IMG/VR virus record: IMGVR_UViG_3300024346_000008
Span: 99,935-163,934 of that record
From: a virus
Length of the DNA: 64,000 bases
Strand: one strand, 5' to 3'
Shown piece after piece: positions 1 through 9,706 of this stretch; positions within the stretch are counted from its first letter, which is position 1, and every line of letters begins with the position of its first letter. Under the pieces are notes generated by a model that did no database searches, was not told the origin of the DNA, and was given only the letters and a program-made list of their open reading frames with translations. Position numbers and translations under genes: made by a program.

Positions 1-1477
1 CCATATTGGTCATGGTTTCTGGCACCATTGCTTTGTTTACCAATGATGTAGCACCTGCGTAGTCTCCCCCTATTGCGGCTGTCTTGGCTGCTTCTTTAAG
101 TTTTTTCTGTTCCTCAAACGAATCGGCGGTAAACTTTGCGACGATGGCTGCAATTGCTAAAATTGCCGCTCCAATTAGTCCTGCAGGAGTTAAGAATGCA
201 AGCGCACTTGCTATTGTACCACCAACACTAAGAACAGTAGCTATTGTAGATAAAGAACCGGCTATTAATCCTAGTGGAACTGCCAATACCATAACTGCTG
301 TTAAAATATGATTCAATAAACTATTAGTTTCTACTTCAGGTGGAACTGCATTTTCGTCTGGTGTTTTTCCCGCCAATCGTTGCATATCGGCCATCGATAT
401 ACCAAATGCACCAGATAACGCCAATTGCTCCGACCGACGCAGTTTAGTGATATCTTTTCCAGTGGCAGCAAGTTGGGAACGAAGTTCGTTGAATAATGCA
501 CCCGTATCACCACTTTCTGCAAGTTGTGCCAAGGAATTGGTATCTAAATTGAATCCCATTGCCCCCAGTTCCGATGTCTTTTCTAGAAATCCTTCAAAGT
601 CCCCGATGATACTATCGCCAATTTGATCTACTTTACCAAGGTCTACGCCAATTTTCTTTGCATCGGCTGCAGCACGGGCAAACGAATCGGCAAATCGTAA
701 TCCATTCCGTGCCATTAAGTCCGAATATTTTCCGATAGCTTCCATTGCCACAGATGCCGACAATCCCTTTTCTTGGAATCGTGCCATGAACTGCGATTGT
801 ACGTCAGATACTTTACTTAAATCACCCATCGTTTGTGTAACCAATGCACGACGGGCAGTAACTAATTGCTGTACTGAAATTCCATTAGTTTTTGCAAATT
901 CTGCTAATGTTTTTCCCGTATCTGCATTTATAGTCCCAAATTCTTTTTGAAGTGTAGAAGTTGCTGCTCGGATTTCGGTGGGAGTGGCCGGTTGTTTTAT
1001 GTCGGATACTCCTGCTCTGGATGCTTTTAGTTGATCAGTAGCTTGTAACAATTCCTTCTTTGCATTGTCAAAATTACCAGTAATTAATTCACCAAGTGCT
1101 GAACCGACTGTATTAGAAACGTCACCTAACCCCGTAGTAAGGTCTAACGAGTTAAATGATTCTACTATACTTTGTACACTGCCGATAAATGCGTCCGCTT
1201 GAATTTGTGCTGCAGTAGCAAGATTTACTCCGAACTGTTTTTGCGTTTCCGTCAACGTAGAAGTAAGTTTTTCTAGGTTTTTATTGAATCCTGTAAATTT
1301 TGCAGTAAGATTATCGAGACTTTTAGCTAAACTAGGTGTGCCACTTCCACCACTTCCACCACTTCCACCACTTCCACCGTTCGTTCCCAGTGCCGCAGTA
1401 TTGGTGGCAAGGTTTGTGGACAACGTGGTTAATGCACTTGTTAAACTTGCAAAATCAGCAGATGTTGGAGGTGCCAT
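1..1477 (-). CDS. Tape measure protein, N-terminal part (truncated by window edge)
   Basis: Not in the ORF track because it runs off the window. My translation from ATG at 1477 (MAPPTSADFASLTSALTT...) shows no stop before position 1. It is Ala/Gly/Leu-rich and helical, with a hydrophobic stretch (ILTAVMVLAVPLGLIAG...IGAAILAIAAIVAK), and lies just downstream of the tail chaperone pair. Confidence 0.8.
   Translation of the reverse strand, partial: MAPPTSADFASLTSALTTLSTNLATNTAALGTNGGSGGSGGSGGSGTPSLAKSLDNLTAKFTGFNKNLEKLTSTLTETQKQFGVNLATAAQIQADAFIGSVQSIVESFNSLDLTTGLGDVSNTVGSALGELITGNFDNAKKELLQATDQLKASRAGVSDIKQPATPTEIRAATSTLQKEFGTINADTGKTLAEFAKTNGISVQQLVTARRALVTQTMGDLSKVSDVQSQFMARFQEKGLSASVAMEAIGKYSDLMARNGLRFADSFARAAADAKKIGVDLGKVDQIGDSIIGDFEGFLEKTSELGAMGFNLDTNSLAQLAESGDTGALFNELRSQLAATGKDITKLRRSEQLALSGAFGISMADMQRLAGKTPDENAVPPEVETNSLLNHILTAVMVLAVPLGLIAGSLSTIATVLSVGGTIASALAFLTPAGLIGAAILAIAAIVAKFTADSFEEQKKLKEAAKTAAIGGDYAGATSLVNKAMVPETMTNM
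1341..1376. repeat. 9-bp tandem repeat (ccacttcca)x4 encoding a GGS linker in the tape measure N-terminus
   Basis: Direct reading of the sequence. Confidence 0.9.
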
Positions 1478-1481
1478 TTAG

Positions 1482-1853
1482 TTACTCAACTAAAGCGTGA
1501 TAGGTTGCAATAAACAATGTCGTAACGTTACCACTGGGAACGGTTACTAACGGAGAACCAGACAGTGCAATTCCCTTATATGCTCTACGACTTTCTAATC
1601 GTGCCATCGGTGCACCCGAGACTGCATTGCCTTTGAACATTAAATCCCCGACCAAGGTTGCCAATGGCATGCCGGATACCGAGGTTCCTTTATATAATTT
1701 ATTACCGACGACGGTATATAACGGAGCACCAGAAATAGCCGACCCTTTAAATGCCCGTCGATCACCCACTAAGGTAATCAACGGACTGCCGGATACGGCC
1801 ATTCCTTTGTATGCTCTATCATTTTCTTGTAAAAGATGTCGAAGTAGTATCAT
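1482..1853 (-). CDS. Small repeat protein, five ~19-aa repeats (beta-flower/beta-propeller-like)
   Basis: Repeats of [YF]KGxA[VIL]SGxP[LM]xT[LV]xG; N-terminal MILLRHLLQE leader. Confidence 0.7.
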   Translation of the reverse strand: MILLRHLLQENDRAYKGMAVSGSPLITLVGDRRAFKGSAISGAPLYTVVGNKLYKGTSVSGMPLATLVGDLMFKGNAVSGAPMARLESRRAYKGIALSGSPLVTVPSGNVTTLFIATYHALVE

Positions 1854-2056
1854 CGTTTATTTGCTTTTTCAAATTGTTTAGTTTCTTCTTCTTTCAATTT
1901 TCCAAACTCTTTAATGTAAAAATTTCGAAGATAAACCGGCATTTGGTATAAATCCATTACACTAAATGCACCTTTTGAATAATGCGCAACAATCATGATG
2001 TTTCGTAACAAATCAATTTTATACTCGGGCGTCAGGCCAAAAGAAGTTAACGCCAA
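1850..2056 (-). CDS. Tail/baseplate assembly chaperone, second ORF (T4 gp51-like / gpT-like); probably expressed by frameshift
   Basis: Overlaps the end of the upstream chaperone in the +1 frame. It has only a TTG start and carries an FSVMDLYQMPVYLRNFYI motif typical of these chaperones. Confidence 0.7.
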   Translation of the reverse strand: MALTSFGLTPEYKIDLLRNIMIVAHYSKGAFSVMDLYQMPVYLRNFYIKEFGKLKEEETKQFEKANKR

Positions 2057-2792
2057 TCGGCAACCTCACCGTTTGCTCAGTTCCACATGTACATTCCACT
2101 GATACATTGAAATTGATATCGGGTACTTTGGTTCGATATTGTTCACGAAGATATCGGGCATCTTTAACTAATAAATTATCCACAAATGCCCAAATCTTTG
2201 CTTTCGACATATCTCCGTTTACCGACTTAATCATTGCCTTTAACCGAGAGGTACTTTCTGATTCTACGTCAGAACTAATTTTCTTCAATGCCTTCAGTTC
2301 TTTATCGATTGTCAATTCATCGCCGCGGGTTAACAACTTTAACGCCACTTCTGCTTTTGATAGCGGAAGTATTAATGTAAATTCACTACTTTCCGTTGTT
2401 TCCGGTGAATTTTCTGTTTCTAATTCTGATAAGTTTATTACCTGTTCTACCGTACTATTACATGACGGACATTCTAATGATACTTCATAATCCTTTCCAT
2501 ATCCAAGAATACGTGCGGCAATCATTACTGCATTTAAATCACCTAAGTACAAGTCTGCCGCTTTCACCCCCTTTGTGGCAATTAAAGCGTCAATCAATCG
2601 ATCCAATACGACACCCTTTTGAATTAAGTTCTGTGAAGTCAAAATATCTTCATGTTTTGCCGTCATGTATCGTAATTCAATTTGCCCACTTCTCAGTGGA
2701 CTATCTTCGGGATAAAATAATCCCTTTGATGGCAAATCAATTGTTTCTGTTGGAAATACATCTACTGTTTCTGTAACTGGTTGGTCTGTCAT
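2019..2792 (-). CDS. Baseplate hub / tail assembly chaperone (T4 gp26-like)
   Basis: IDLPSKG.FY, LRYMTAKHEDIL, CPSC and CTC Zn motifs and C-terminal FFWP; located upstream of the tape measure gene. Confidence 0.8.
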   Translation of the reverse strand: MTDQPVTETVDVFPTETIDLPSKGLFYPEDSPLRSGQIELRYMTAKHEDILTSQNLIQKGVVLDRLIDALIATKGVKAADLYLGDLNAVMIAARILGYGKDYEVSLECPSCNSTVEQVINLSELETENSPETTESSEFTLILPLSKAEVALKLLTRGDELTIDKELKALKKISSDVESESTSRLKAMIKSVNGDMSKAKIWAFVDNLLVKDARYLREQYRTKVPDINFNVSVECTCGTEQTVRLPIGVNFFWPDARV

Positions 2793-2828
2793 AAAACCTC
2801 TCGGATAAAAGTATACTCACTATACATA

Positions 2829-4712
2829 TCAATCTTCTATATTTTCTATCTCAAACTGTTGACGATAATCCATATTAATTCGTTTTACAAACTCTTTAAA
2901 CATGGATTTACTACGTTCGGGGGTAACTAATGCTCCATCAACAATCATATCTGCGGTTGCTTGCTTTTCTTTTAAGGTATCCCGCATGTTTTCATCCACT
3001 GTACCTTCACACATCATATAATACACTTGGACTTGACCCTTTTGTCCAATACGATGGGTACGGTCTTCTGCTTGTTCATGTTCCGCAGGCAACCAGCCCA
3101 TGTCGATAAAGACCACCGTATCAATTGCTTTTTGTAATCCGTCAATGCCCATACCTGCGGCACGTAAACTAAACAATCCTACCTTTGCTTCCCCAGAGAT
3201 TAGTTTATCAATTGATGTTTGCCGTACAGTTCTGTTCATTTCACCAGTTAATAATGCTGCTTTATCTCCATAGTGTTCTGTTAACAATTTTAACGGTTTT
3301 ATATAGCAACTGAAGACCAATATGGACCTATCATTATCAATGAACTCGTCAATCATTTCAATTAATCGTGGTAATTTCTTTTCGATTAAGAATCCCTGCA
3401 ATTTCGGCATATGTTGAATCGACGGGCGTCCATCCATCTTCCATTTCCCAAACATTTCTTTCAACAGTTTGTTATATTCACCTTTTTCGTCCTTGGTGAG
3501 TTCCACATATAAATCGTTACGTTGCTTATTTGGTAATTCTTTCAATACTTGGTCTTTTTTTCGTCGAATTACTAAATCTTTTGTACGATCATGTAAATCT
3601 TGTAGATTCATGGGTGCCGCACCTTTCCATCCACCATATCGTTGGGTAAAATGAAAGAAGTTATTGAATCGTTCTTTATCTAAGAAGTTCAATAAGGCAA
3701 ACGCTTCAATAGGACGGGACATTACAGGAGTGCCCGTCAAGAAAATTGTATATTTTGTTTTTATTCCGGGGTACTTTCGTCGTTCTTTCCACGATCCCAA
3801 AATACTCTTCGCCCGAATGGTTTGTCGGTTCTTTAAATAGGTTGCTTCGTCACACACTAACAAATCAAAGTTTTGGTCACGTAACCAATGATTGTTTTTG
3901 GCAACGGCATCATAATGCGTGATATGAAATTGGTGGTCAAGGTGTCCATCATAGGTTTTACTATCCCAGATCGTTGCATCCTTTCCAGTGAATTTTTTGA
4001 CCTCGCGTTGCCAGTTGACGACCACGCTAAGGGGACATACAATAAGGGTCTTCAAGTTATGTAGTTGGGCATAAGCAATGGCCTGTACGGTCTTGCCAAG
4101 ACCAGGAGCGTCGGCAATTAGACACCTTCCACCTGCTCTATCGACAAACTGCACACCCACTTTTTGATAACCATACAGGTTTAATTTTAATCCTGGTACC
4201 GTGAATGTGGTATCTTCTTGTTCACGGATTTCGTCCAAATCTTCCCGTCGTTCTTGTAATTTCCCTAACAGTTTTTCTGCAGAACTTGACAAGATTGCAT
4301 TGGGAAATGTTTTCATCATTTTGGGCAACTGTACCGAAGGAAATTCCCATCGTTTATCGTCCCCGTTCCATTTTCGTCCATCAATTTCGTACTTAAATTG
4401 TGCCAGTAATGTTTTATCATACGGCATGACAACGTAGGCCGTTTTTGCATCCTTTAAATGAATGTTAATTGGGCCGGTTTGTACTTCTTGGGTTGTCTGT
4501 GGGATATGTGACAGTTTAGTGCGAGGCAATGATAAGTCACTTATGTCCGCATCAAGTAATGCCCGCTTAGATGCTTCTACCCAAACTGCGGGCAATCCTG
4601 GTGTGGAGGTGATCCATTGTAAATACTGCGGGGCAGACCGTCTTACATTTCCTAACGTCTGCCCCGTGTATTTACCCCACGTAAAAATTACTTCGTCTAA
4701 CGACGGATGCAT
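2829..4712 (-). CDS. SNF2/SWI2-family (HARP/SMARCAL1-like) helicase
   Basis: LIADAPGLGKT, IVCPLS, DEA, LTGTP and QAEDRTHRIGQ motifs. N-terminal FTWGKYxGQ..PQYLQW small domain and a GRKWNGDDKRW HARP-like segment. Confidence 0.92.
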   Translation of the reverse strand: MHPSLDEVIFTWGKYTGQTLGNVRRSAPQYLQWITSTPGLPAVWVEASKRALLDADISDLSLPRTKLSHIPQTTQEVQTGPINIHLKDAKTAYVVMPYDKTLLAQFKYEIDGRKWNGDDKRWEFPSVQLPKMMKTFPNAILSSSAEKLLGKLQERREDLDEIREQEDTTFTVPGLKLNLYGYQKVGVQFVDRAGGRCLIADAPGLGKTVQAIAYAQLHNLKTLIVCPLSVVVNWQREVKKFTGKDATIWDSKTYDGHLDHQFHITHYDAVAKNNHWLRDQNFDLLVCDEATYLKNRQTIRAKSILGSWKERRKYPGIKTKYTIFLTGTPVMSRPIEAFALLNFLDKERFNNFFHFTQRYGGWKGAAPMNLQDLHDRTKDLVIRRKKDQVLKELPNKQRNDLYVELTKDEKGEYNKLLKEMFGKWKMDGRPSIQHMPKLQGFLIEKKLPRLIEMIDEFIDNDRSILVFSCYIKPLKLLTEHYGDKAALLTGEMNRTVRQTSIDKLISGEAKVGLFSLRAAGMGIDGLQKAIDTVVFIDMGWLPAEHEQAEDRTHRIGQKGQVQVYYMMCEGTVDENMRDTLKEKQATADMIVDGALVTPERSKSMFKEFVKRINMDYRQQFEIENIED

Positions 4713-4951
4713 TACGCGTCAGTGGGTTCCGTAAGTTCTTCTTCGGTTTTTGGACGAACATATACCATACGTTCCATATCCAACTTCCAACCCGCCTCGG
4801 GGGTTAATCGAAGAATCTGCATCATTTGTGAATTTGATTCTTGAATCTGCTGCAGTAGTTCTTGTTGAAACTTTCGTAACAACTGATTGTTTGTTTGAAT
4901 CAGTTGCTGTAGTGCCAAGGGTACTTCTAATGTTATTTCTGTGTTACTCAT
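4712..4951 (-). CDS. Hypothetical Gln-rich coiled-coil protein
   Basis: 79-aa ORF translationally coupled to its neighbours. Confidence 0.65.
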   Translation of the reverse strand: MSNTEITLEVPLALQQLIQTNNQLLRKFQQELLQQIQESNSQMMQILRLTPEAGWKLDMERMVYVRPKTEEELTEPTDA

Positions 4952-5930
4952 ATAATCCTCGTATGTTTACTTTATTGTCAATCCACTCAAATGTTTTTTT
5001 AATCCCTTCGATCAATGGATAATTCGGTTCCCATTTAAGTAGTTGCCGAATTAATTTATTATCGGACGATCTTCCCCGAACTCCCAACGGACCATTGATA
5101 TGTTTAACACTTAACTGCTTTCCAGAAATTTTCATAATTAAATACGCAAGATCATTGATAGAAATCATTTCTTCTGATCCAATATTAATCGGTTGCTTTA
5201 TATCAGATTGCATCAATTTGATTATACCAGTTATGCATTCATCAATGTATAAAAATGATCTAGTTTGATTGCCGTCTCCCCAAATTTCAATAGTACCTTT
5301 ATCTGTTGCCATTGAAATTTTTCTACATAATGCTGCAGGAGCTTTTTCTTTTCCACCATCCCACGTTCCTTCTGGACCATAAATATTATGAAATCGTGCG
5401 ATCCGACATTCTATACCATAATTTTTATTGTATGCCATGTACAATCGTTCACTAAATATTTTTTCCCAACCATATTCACTGTCCGGATGTGCAGGGTATG
5501 CAGAACTTTCCTCGCAGTTGGGATTTGCTGAATCTAGTTGGTTTTCCTCTGGATATATACAGGCCGACGATGCAAAAAATACTCGTTTAACATTTGCTAA
5601 TACCATTGCTTGTAGTATATTAATATTTATTAACGAAGAGTTTGACATTATATCTGCATCATGTACTCCAGTAAATATATAGTTTGCACCACCCATATCC
5701 GCCGCTAGTTGATATATTTCATCAATATCGGATGTTATTAATCTAACAACATCCGTTTGATTGCGTAAGTCCACAATCGTAAATTTATTTGCATTTGTAG
5801 TAGAAAATTCTGGATATTTGATATCTGCTCCGATGACATAGTGCCCTGCCTCTCGCAAACGTGTAACCAGATGCGATCCTATAAAACCACCTGCCCCACA
5901 TACTAATATTTTTTTCATGGCAATTACCAA
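4944..5930 (-). CDS. NAD-dependent epimerase, GDP-mannose 3,5-epimerase-like (likely start 5918)
   Basis: GAGGFIG, QLAADMGG, SSACIYP, YGWEK, RFHNIYGP..TW.GG.EKAPAALCRK and GVRGR.SDN match the GME subfamily. Confidence 0.88.
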   Translation of the reverse strand: MVIAMKKILVCGAGGFIGSHLVTRLREAGHYVIGADIKYPEFSTTNANKFTIVDLRNQTDVVRLITSDIDEIYQLAADMGGANYIFTGVHDADIMSNSSLININILQAMVLANVKRVFFASSACIYPEENQLDSANPNCEESSAYPAHPDSEYGWEKIFSERLYMAYNKNYGIECRIARFHNIYGPEGTWDGGKEKAPAALCRKISMATDKGTIEIWGDGNQTRSFLYIDECITGIIKLMQSDIKQPINIGSEEMISINDLAYLIMKISGKQLSVKHINGPLGVRGRSSDNKLIRQLLKWEPNYPLIEGIKKTFEWIDNKVNIRGLYE

Positions 5931-6679
5931 TATAAAATTATATTGTCTCCGGTAACAGGTACCTCATTCATTTCATGACAAGATATTTGTTGTTTAAACT
6001 CTACTCTAGATAAACAATCTACGTCATAATAATGGCAGATATTATTATATGTTATATATCCATTCTTAGAATTTTTTAAAATTTTATCGATGTATGTTTG
6101 CTGTATATTACTGGAACATTCCGAAAATGCGTAGTTGCTTATAACAAGATCATATTGATCTACTTCTAGTTCATCTATGACAGAATATACTACCGTATCA
6201 TTTTCACCGATATAACGTTTAGACAAATTCAAAGGTTCTTGTAAATCAACTAACTTATATGAGAGTGGTTTCCATATTTCATTAATCAATTTACATTGTC
6301 CCCCATACCCACCGCCAATTTCTATAATTTTTAATCCATCAAGCGATCCAAATAATTGTTCTAATTCCAATGCAACTTTTAAATATCGCATAGTACTTGG
6401 ACATATCTGTGAAAACTCTTCGTCATAATCTACCAATGATGGAAATCCCACCAAATCATTTCGTTTAGATAGTTCTAAACGCTCCGTGGTAAAATTAGAA
6501 GCAGCTTTAATCCAATCTATATAAGATTTTCCAATATCTACACTAACGTGTTCTAAAATAGCCGTATACACCGAACTTTGTCTAAACCTACGGAATGTTT
6601 CGTCATCCGTTGCTGCCTGTTGGCAAAAATTCTTGTAATCATCATAATCACTTATACTTGTTTTCATAGTTGAATCCAA
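5924..6679 (-). CDS. Putative sugar O-methyltransferase (likely start 6667)
   Basis: SAM motif IIEIGGGYGG; ISNYAFSE; cluster context. Confidence 0.8.
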   Translation of the reverse strand: MDSTMKTSISDYDDYKNFCQQAATDDETFRRFRQSSVYTAILEHVSVDIGKSYIDWIKAASNFTTERLELSKRNDLVGFPSLVDYDEEFSQICPSTMRYLKVALELEQLFGSLDGLKIIEIGGGYGGQCKLINEIWKPLSYKLVDLQEPLNLSKRYIGENDTVVYSVIDELEVDQYDLVISNYAFSECSSNIQQTYIDKILKNSKNGYITYNNICHYYDVDCLSRVEFKQQISCHEMNEVPVTGDNIILYW

Positions 6680-7461
6680 TTGTTACAGTAAATGTCAGTT
6701 GTGTCAAAGTGCGAGTATGCGGGGCCAAACCATATTTTTGGGGCAATTACTATTTTATCTGGGTTATTGTTTAACCATGCACCCCACCAACTAAACGTAC
6801 TGTTGGCTATGATATTGTGATCAGACATACTCAGTAAACACATATCAACGCCCTGTTCATTTGACGTATAATACGCAGTGGGGATATTTAAATTTGTCTT
6901 ACACCACTCAATATCATCAGAAATAACAATAAACTGAGGGTTCATATTTTCAAAATATTCTACGGCAGATGCATAATATGTAGGTGAACATAGTGGATGG
7001 TGATTTGGTAAATCTACATAATCCCCTCGGCGCACATGTATTGATACTATCGGCCGATCTTTATTAAGGGATGATATAATGGTAGTTGCTTTTTCAATTA
7101 TATCATTTTTAAATGTAAATTCTTTTCTAATAAGATCTGAGCAGTGGGTAAAATATTTTTCTGTTTGGAAATATCCATCGAAATCCATGTTATCCGCAAC
7201 TTTTTTAAAAAAGAATCTGTCAAAGTGAAATTGCTCTTCAACATATTTTTTATTAGTATGTATTCCCGCTTCATGGTAAAAATGAGATAATTTGATGTCA
7301 AATATATTTCGTATGGAGAAATTATTATGTGACTTACTATCAATATCCTCATCTATTATAACTCTGTATCCATGCTTATCGCCAACTCCTATTAACATAG
7401 CATATTGAAACATTTGGTTTCCCAATCTTCCTTTGCGTCCAAGAACGTTCATGGTTATCAT
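6664..7461 (-). CDS. Alpha-1,2-fucosyltransferase family (GT11)
   Basis: GRLGNQMFQYA, GYFQ, HVRRGDY, SDDIEWC and NSTFSWWGAWL are hallmark motifs. Confidence 0.93.
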   Translation of the reverse strand: MITMNVLGRKGRLGNQMFQYAMLIGVGDKHGYRVIIDEDIDSKSHNNFSIRNIFDIKLSHFYHEAGIHTNKKYVEEQFHFDRFFFKKVADNMDFDGYFQTEKYFTHCSDLIRKEFTFKNDIIEKATTIISSLNKDRPIVSIHVRRGDYVDLPNHHPLCSPTYYASAVEYFENMNPQFIVISDDIEWCKTNLNIPTAYYTSNEQGVDMCLLSMSDHNIIANSTFSWWGAWLNNNPDKIVIAPKIWFGPAYSHFDTTDIYCNNWIQL

Positions 7462-8234
7462 AATAACTCCAATTGTATATTAGTTGTCGGAACAAACAAA
7501 AAATCACAGTCACTTACTTGTGTAATTGCATATCCCAATTCAAGTAACATAGAAAATTTAGCTGACGTAGAATCTATACTAACTTTTCCAAAATGATCAT
7601 CCCAATTTTCCAACATGATCACCGGTTTACATTTTCTAATTGTATTATATGCACCGAGTATAACATTTTGTTCATATCCTTCAACGTCTAACTTAATAAA
7701 ATCCAATTTATCAAAATTAAACATTTCATCGATAGAAACAAGTTCTATCGGAACTCTTTCATCTTCAGATAAATCAGTTCCTCCAAAATGTAGAGGTATT
7801 CCTAGCGGATTATTTATCAGTCCGGCCCCACCAATATTATGCGAAGGAATAAATCCAAAAGAATCAAATGATTTTTTATCACTTAGACCACAAGTGTATA
7901 CTGTTACATTATCACAGTTATTAATCTGTAAATTTTCTTGTAATAATTGCGCAGACGGTTTTAATGGTTCAAAACAATGTACATGCTTTGCTAATTTTGA
8001 AAAAAATATTGTATGTGTTCCTATGTGAGCACCCCCTTCTAATACAATAGAATCTTTATTAATATATTTTGCAAACGTTTGATGGTTGTGAAGTTCCCAA
8101 GAAACTCCTCTTTGTACAACGTCACTGATAATATCACCCTTGAAAGTTTTAAAAAACGCAGAACTTCCATTACAGTAATTTTTAACTTCGGCTATTTGTT
8201 CAGATATTTCATATTTCATATTTCGTTTATCCAT
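7458..8234 (-). CDS. FkbM-family methyltransferase (likely start 8219)
   Basis: GAHIG, FEP, FIKLDVEGYE..V..GA...I...KP motifs. Confidence 0.9.
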   Translation of the reverse strand: MDKRNMKYEISEQIAEVKNYCNGSSAFFKTFKGDIISDVVQRGVSWELHNHQTFAKYINKDSIVLEGGAHIGTHTIFFSKLAKHVHCFEPLKPSAQLLQENLQINNCDNVTVYTCGLSDKKSFDSFGFIPSHNIGGAGLINNPLGIPLHFGGTDLSEDERVPIELVSIDEMFNFDKLDFIKLDVEGYEQNVILGAYNTIRKCKPVIMLENWDDHFGKVSIDSTSAKFSMLLELGYAITQVSDCDFLFVPTTNIQLELL

Positions 8235-9706
8235 TTTGTATATGAGTTAATTAACACATCTTGATAATTTTCATATTGCTGTGTTATACTTGAGTGGGAA
8301 GGTCGTTGATTAGCTACCAATGGTAATACGGTGTATATATTATGTGAAAGTTGCCTCTGAAGAGCTAGATAGTGTTGATCAATTGCAAAATATTTTTTCC
8401 AATCAAAATTTAAAATTGTATCATAAAAACGGTTCGAGACAATGTATGCGTGTGCACAAAATGCACCAGTTAATATTCCTAAATGTGGACTACATTGTAT
8501 AATAGGTGATATTGCATTTGCCCCCAAGAATAACATATCCCATTTTGGAAGATATGATAACTCCGCTGCAGCCCTATCCAATATTGGTAACAATCTATTA
8601 TCAATAAACTTGCAATCATCTTCCAACACCAACACACTATCCCAATTATTATCTTTTGCTCTTTTAATGGCTTCTAAATGAGACATAGAACATCCGAACC
8701 TAGACTTGGCAACTTTAATGTCTATTTCAGTAAAAATGTTATTACTTTCGTTAATCAGTTGTTCTACAACAGAATCTTCGGGAACGTGTGCATTTATTCT
8801 TGAAACAGAAATTGGAAGATTTTTAATCTCATGTTTAATCTCCACGTTTCTATCTTCTCTATGTTCTAAATTTAAATAAAATCCGTTTGACACTATATCA
8901 GTGAATGTTTGAACTTCAAATTTTGTGTTAAACTTATAGTTGTATTGGTATATTAAACTATTTGGGGAAAAATTTTTTAAATCATCTATATCAATAGTTT
9001 CCCCGCACAAATATCTGGTAGCTAATGCATATGGATTATATTCAATCAATTGCTCTACATCGTAATAATCTACTCGTGCGACAGTATTTATTGCATTTAT
9101 AAAACACGGTGACACTGGATAAAAATAGTGCGGTCTATCTACTATATCTACCGTTGATGCGTTTGGAACAAATATTTTACCATAATATTTAAAGTATCCG
9201 CTGTTTGGTACTGATTCAAAACAATGTTCCCCGTTTGGTATTTTAAATAAATGTGCGTAGGAGTCTCTAGTCCACATATGGACTTGACTGAAAAATCTTT
9301 CTTCTAGGCCAATTTGTTCTATATTACAACTTTTTTTCTGACGATTTAATCCTTTAAATAAATCTAATACACCATCGTCATCAACTTCATATAAATATTT
9401 TAAATCAAAGTCTGTTGTAAAAATGGCGTTATCTGGTAAGACTAAATTATATTGGTCATTAACAAAATAGTCTTCGATATTAATGTCTATATCCGAAACT
9501 TTGATGAAATTGATATATGAAAAATCGTTTCTAAATTTAAATGTTACATCACGGTGAACCCAATTTTCATGTTCTTCATCATCATATAGTATTGTTATTT
9601 TAACGGGAATGTGTGATTGACTAAAGTAAAAAAACGTTTCAAGTAGTGCTCTTGCTTGAAGATCCCTGTTTTTGGTCAATATTATTAAATTAATTATTTT
9701 TTTCAT
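8216..9706 (-). CDS. Two-domain glycosyltransferase: degenerate GT-A N-terminus plus C-terminal GT25
   Basis: YLNLEHREDR, GCSMSH, LVLEDD, LFLG, AHAYIV and AIDQ are GT25 motifs in the C-terminal half. Confidence 0.8.
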   Translation of the reverse strand: MKKIINLIILTKNRDLQARALLETFFYFSQSHIPVKITILYDDEEHENWVHRDVTFKFRNDFSYINFIKVSDIDINIEDYFVNDQYNLVLPDNAIFTTDFDLKYLYEVDDDGVLDLFKGLNRQKKSCNIEQIGLEERFFSQVHMWTRDSYAHLFKIPNGEHCFESVPNSGYFKYYGKIFVPNASTVDIVDRPHYFYPVSPCFINAINTVARVDYYDVEQLIEYNPYALATRYLCGETIDIDDLKNFSPNSLIYQYNYKFNTKFEVQTFTDIVSNGFYLNLEHREDRNVEIKHEIKNLPISVSRINAHVPEDSVVEQLINESNNIFTEIDIKVAKSRFGCSMSHLEAIKRAKDNNWDSVLVLEDDCKFIDNRLLPILDRAAAELSYLPKWDMLFLGANAISPIIQCSPHLGILTGAFCAHAYIVSNRFYDTILNFDWKKYFAIDQHYLALQRQLSHNIYTVLPLVANQRPSHSSITQQYENYQDVLINSYTKWINEI

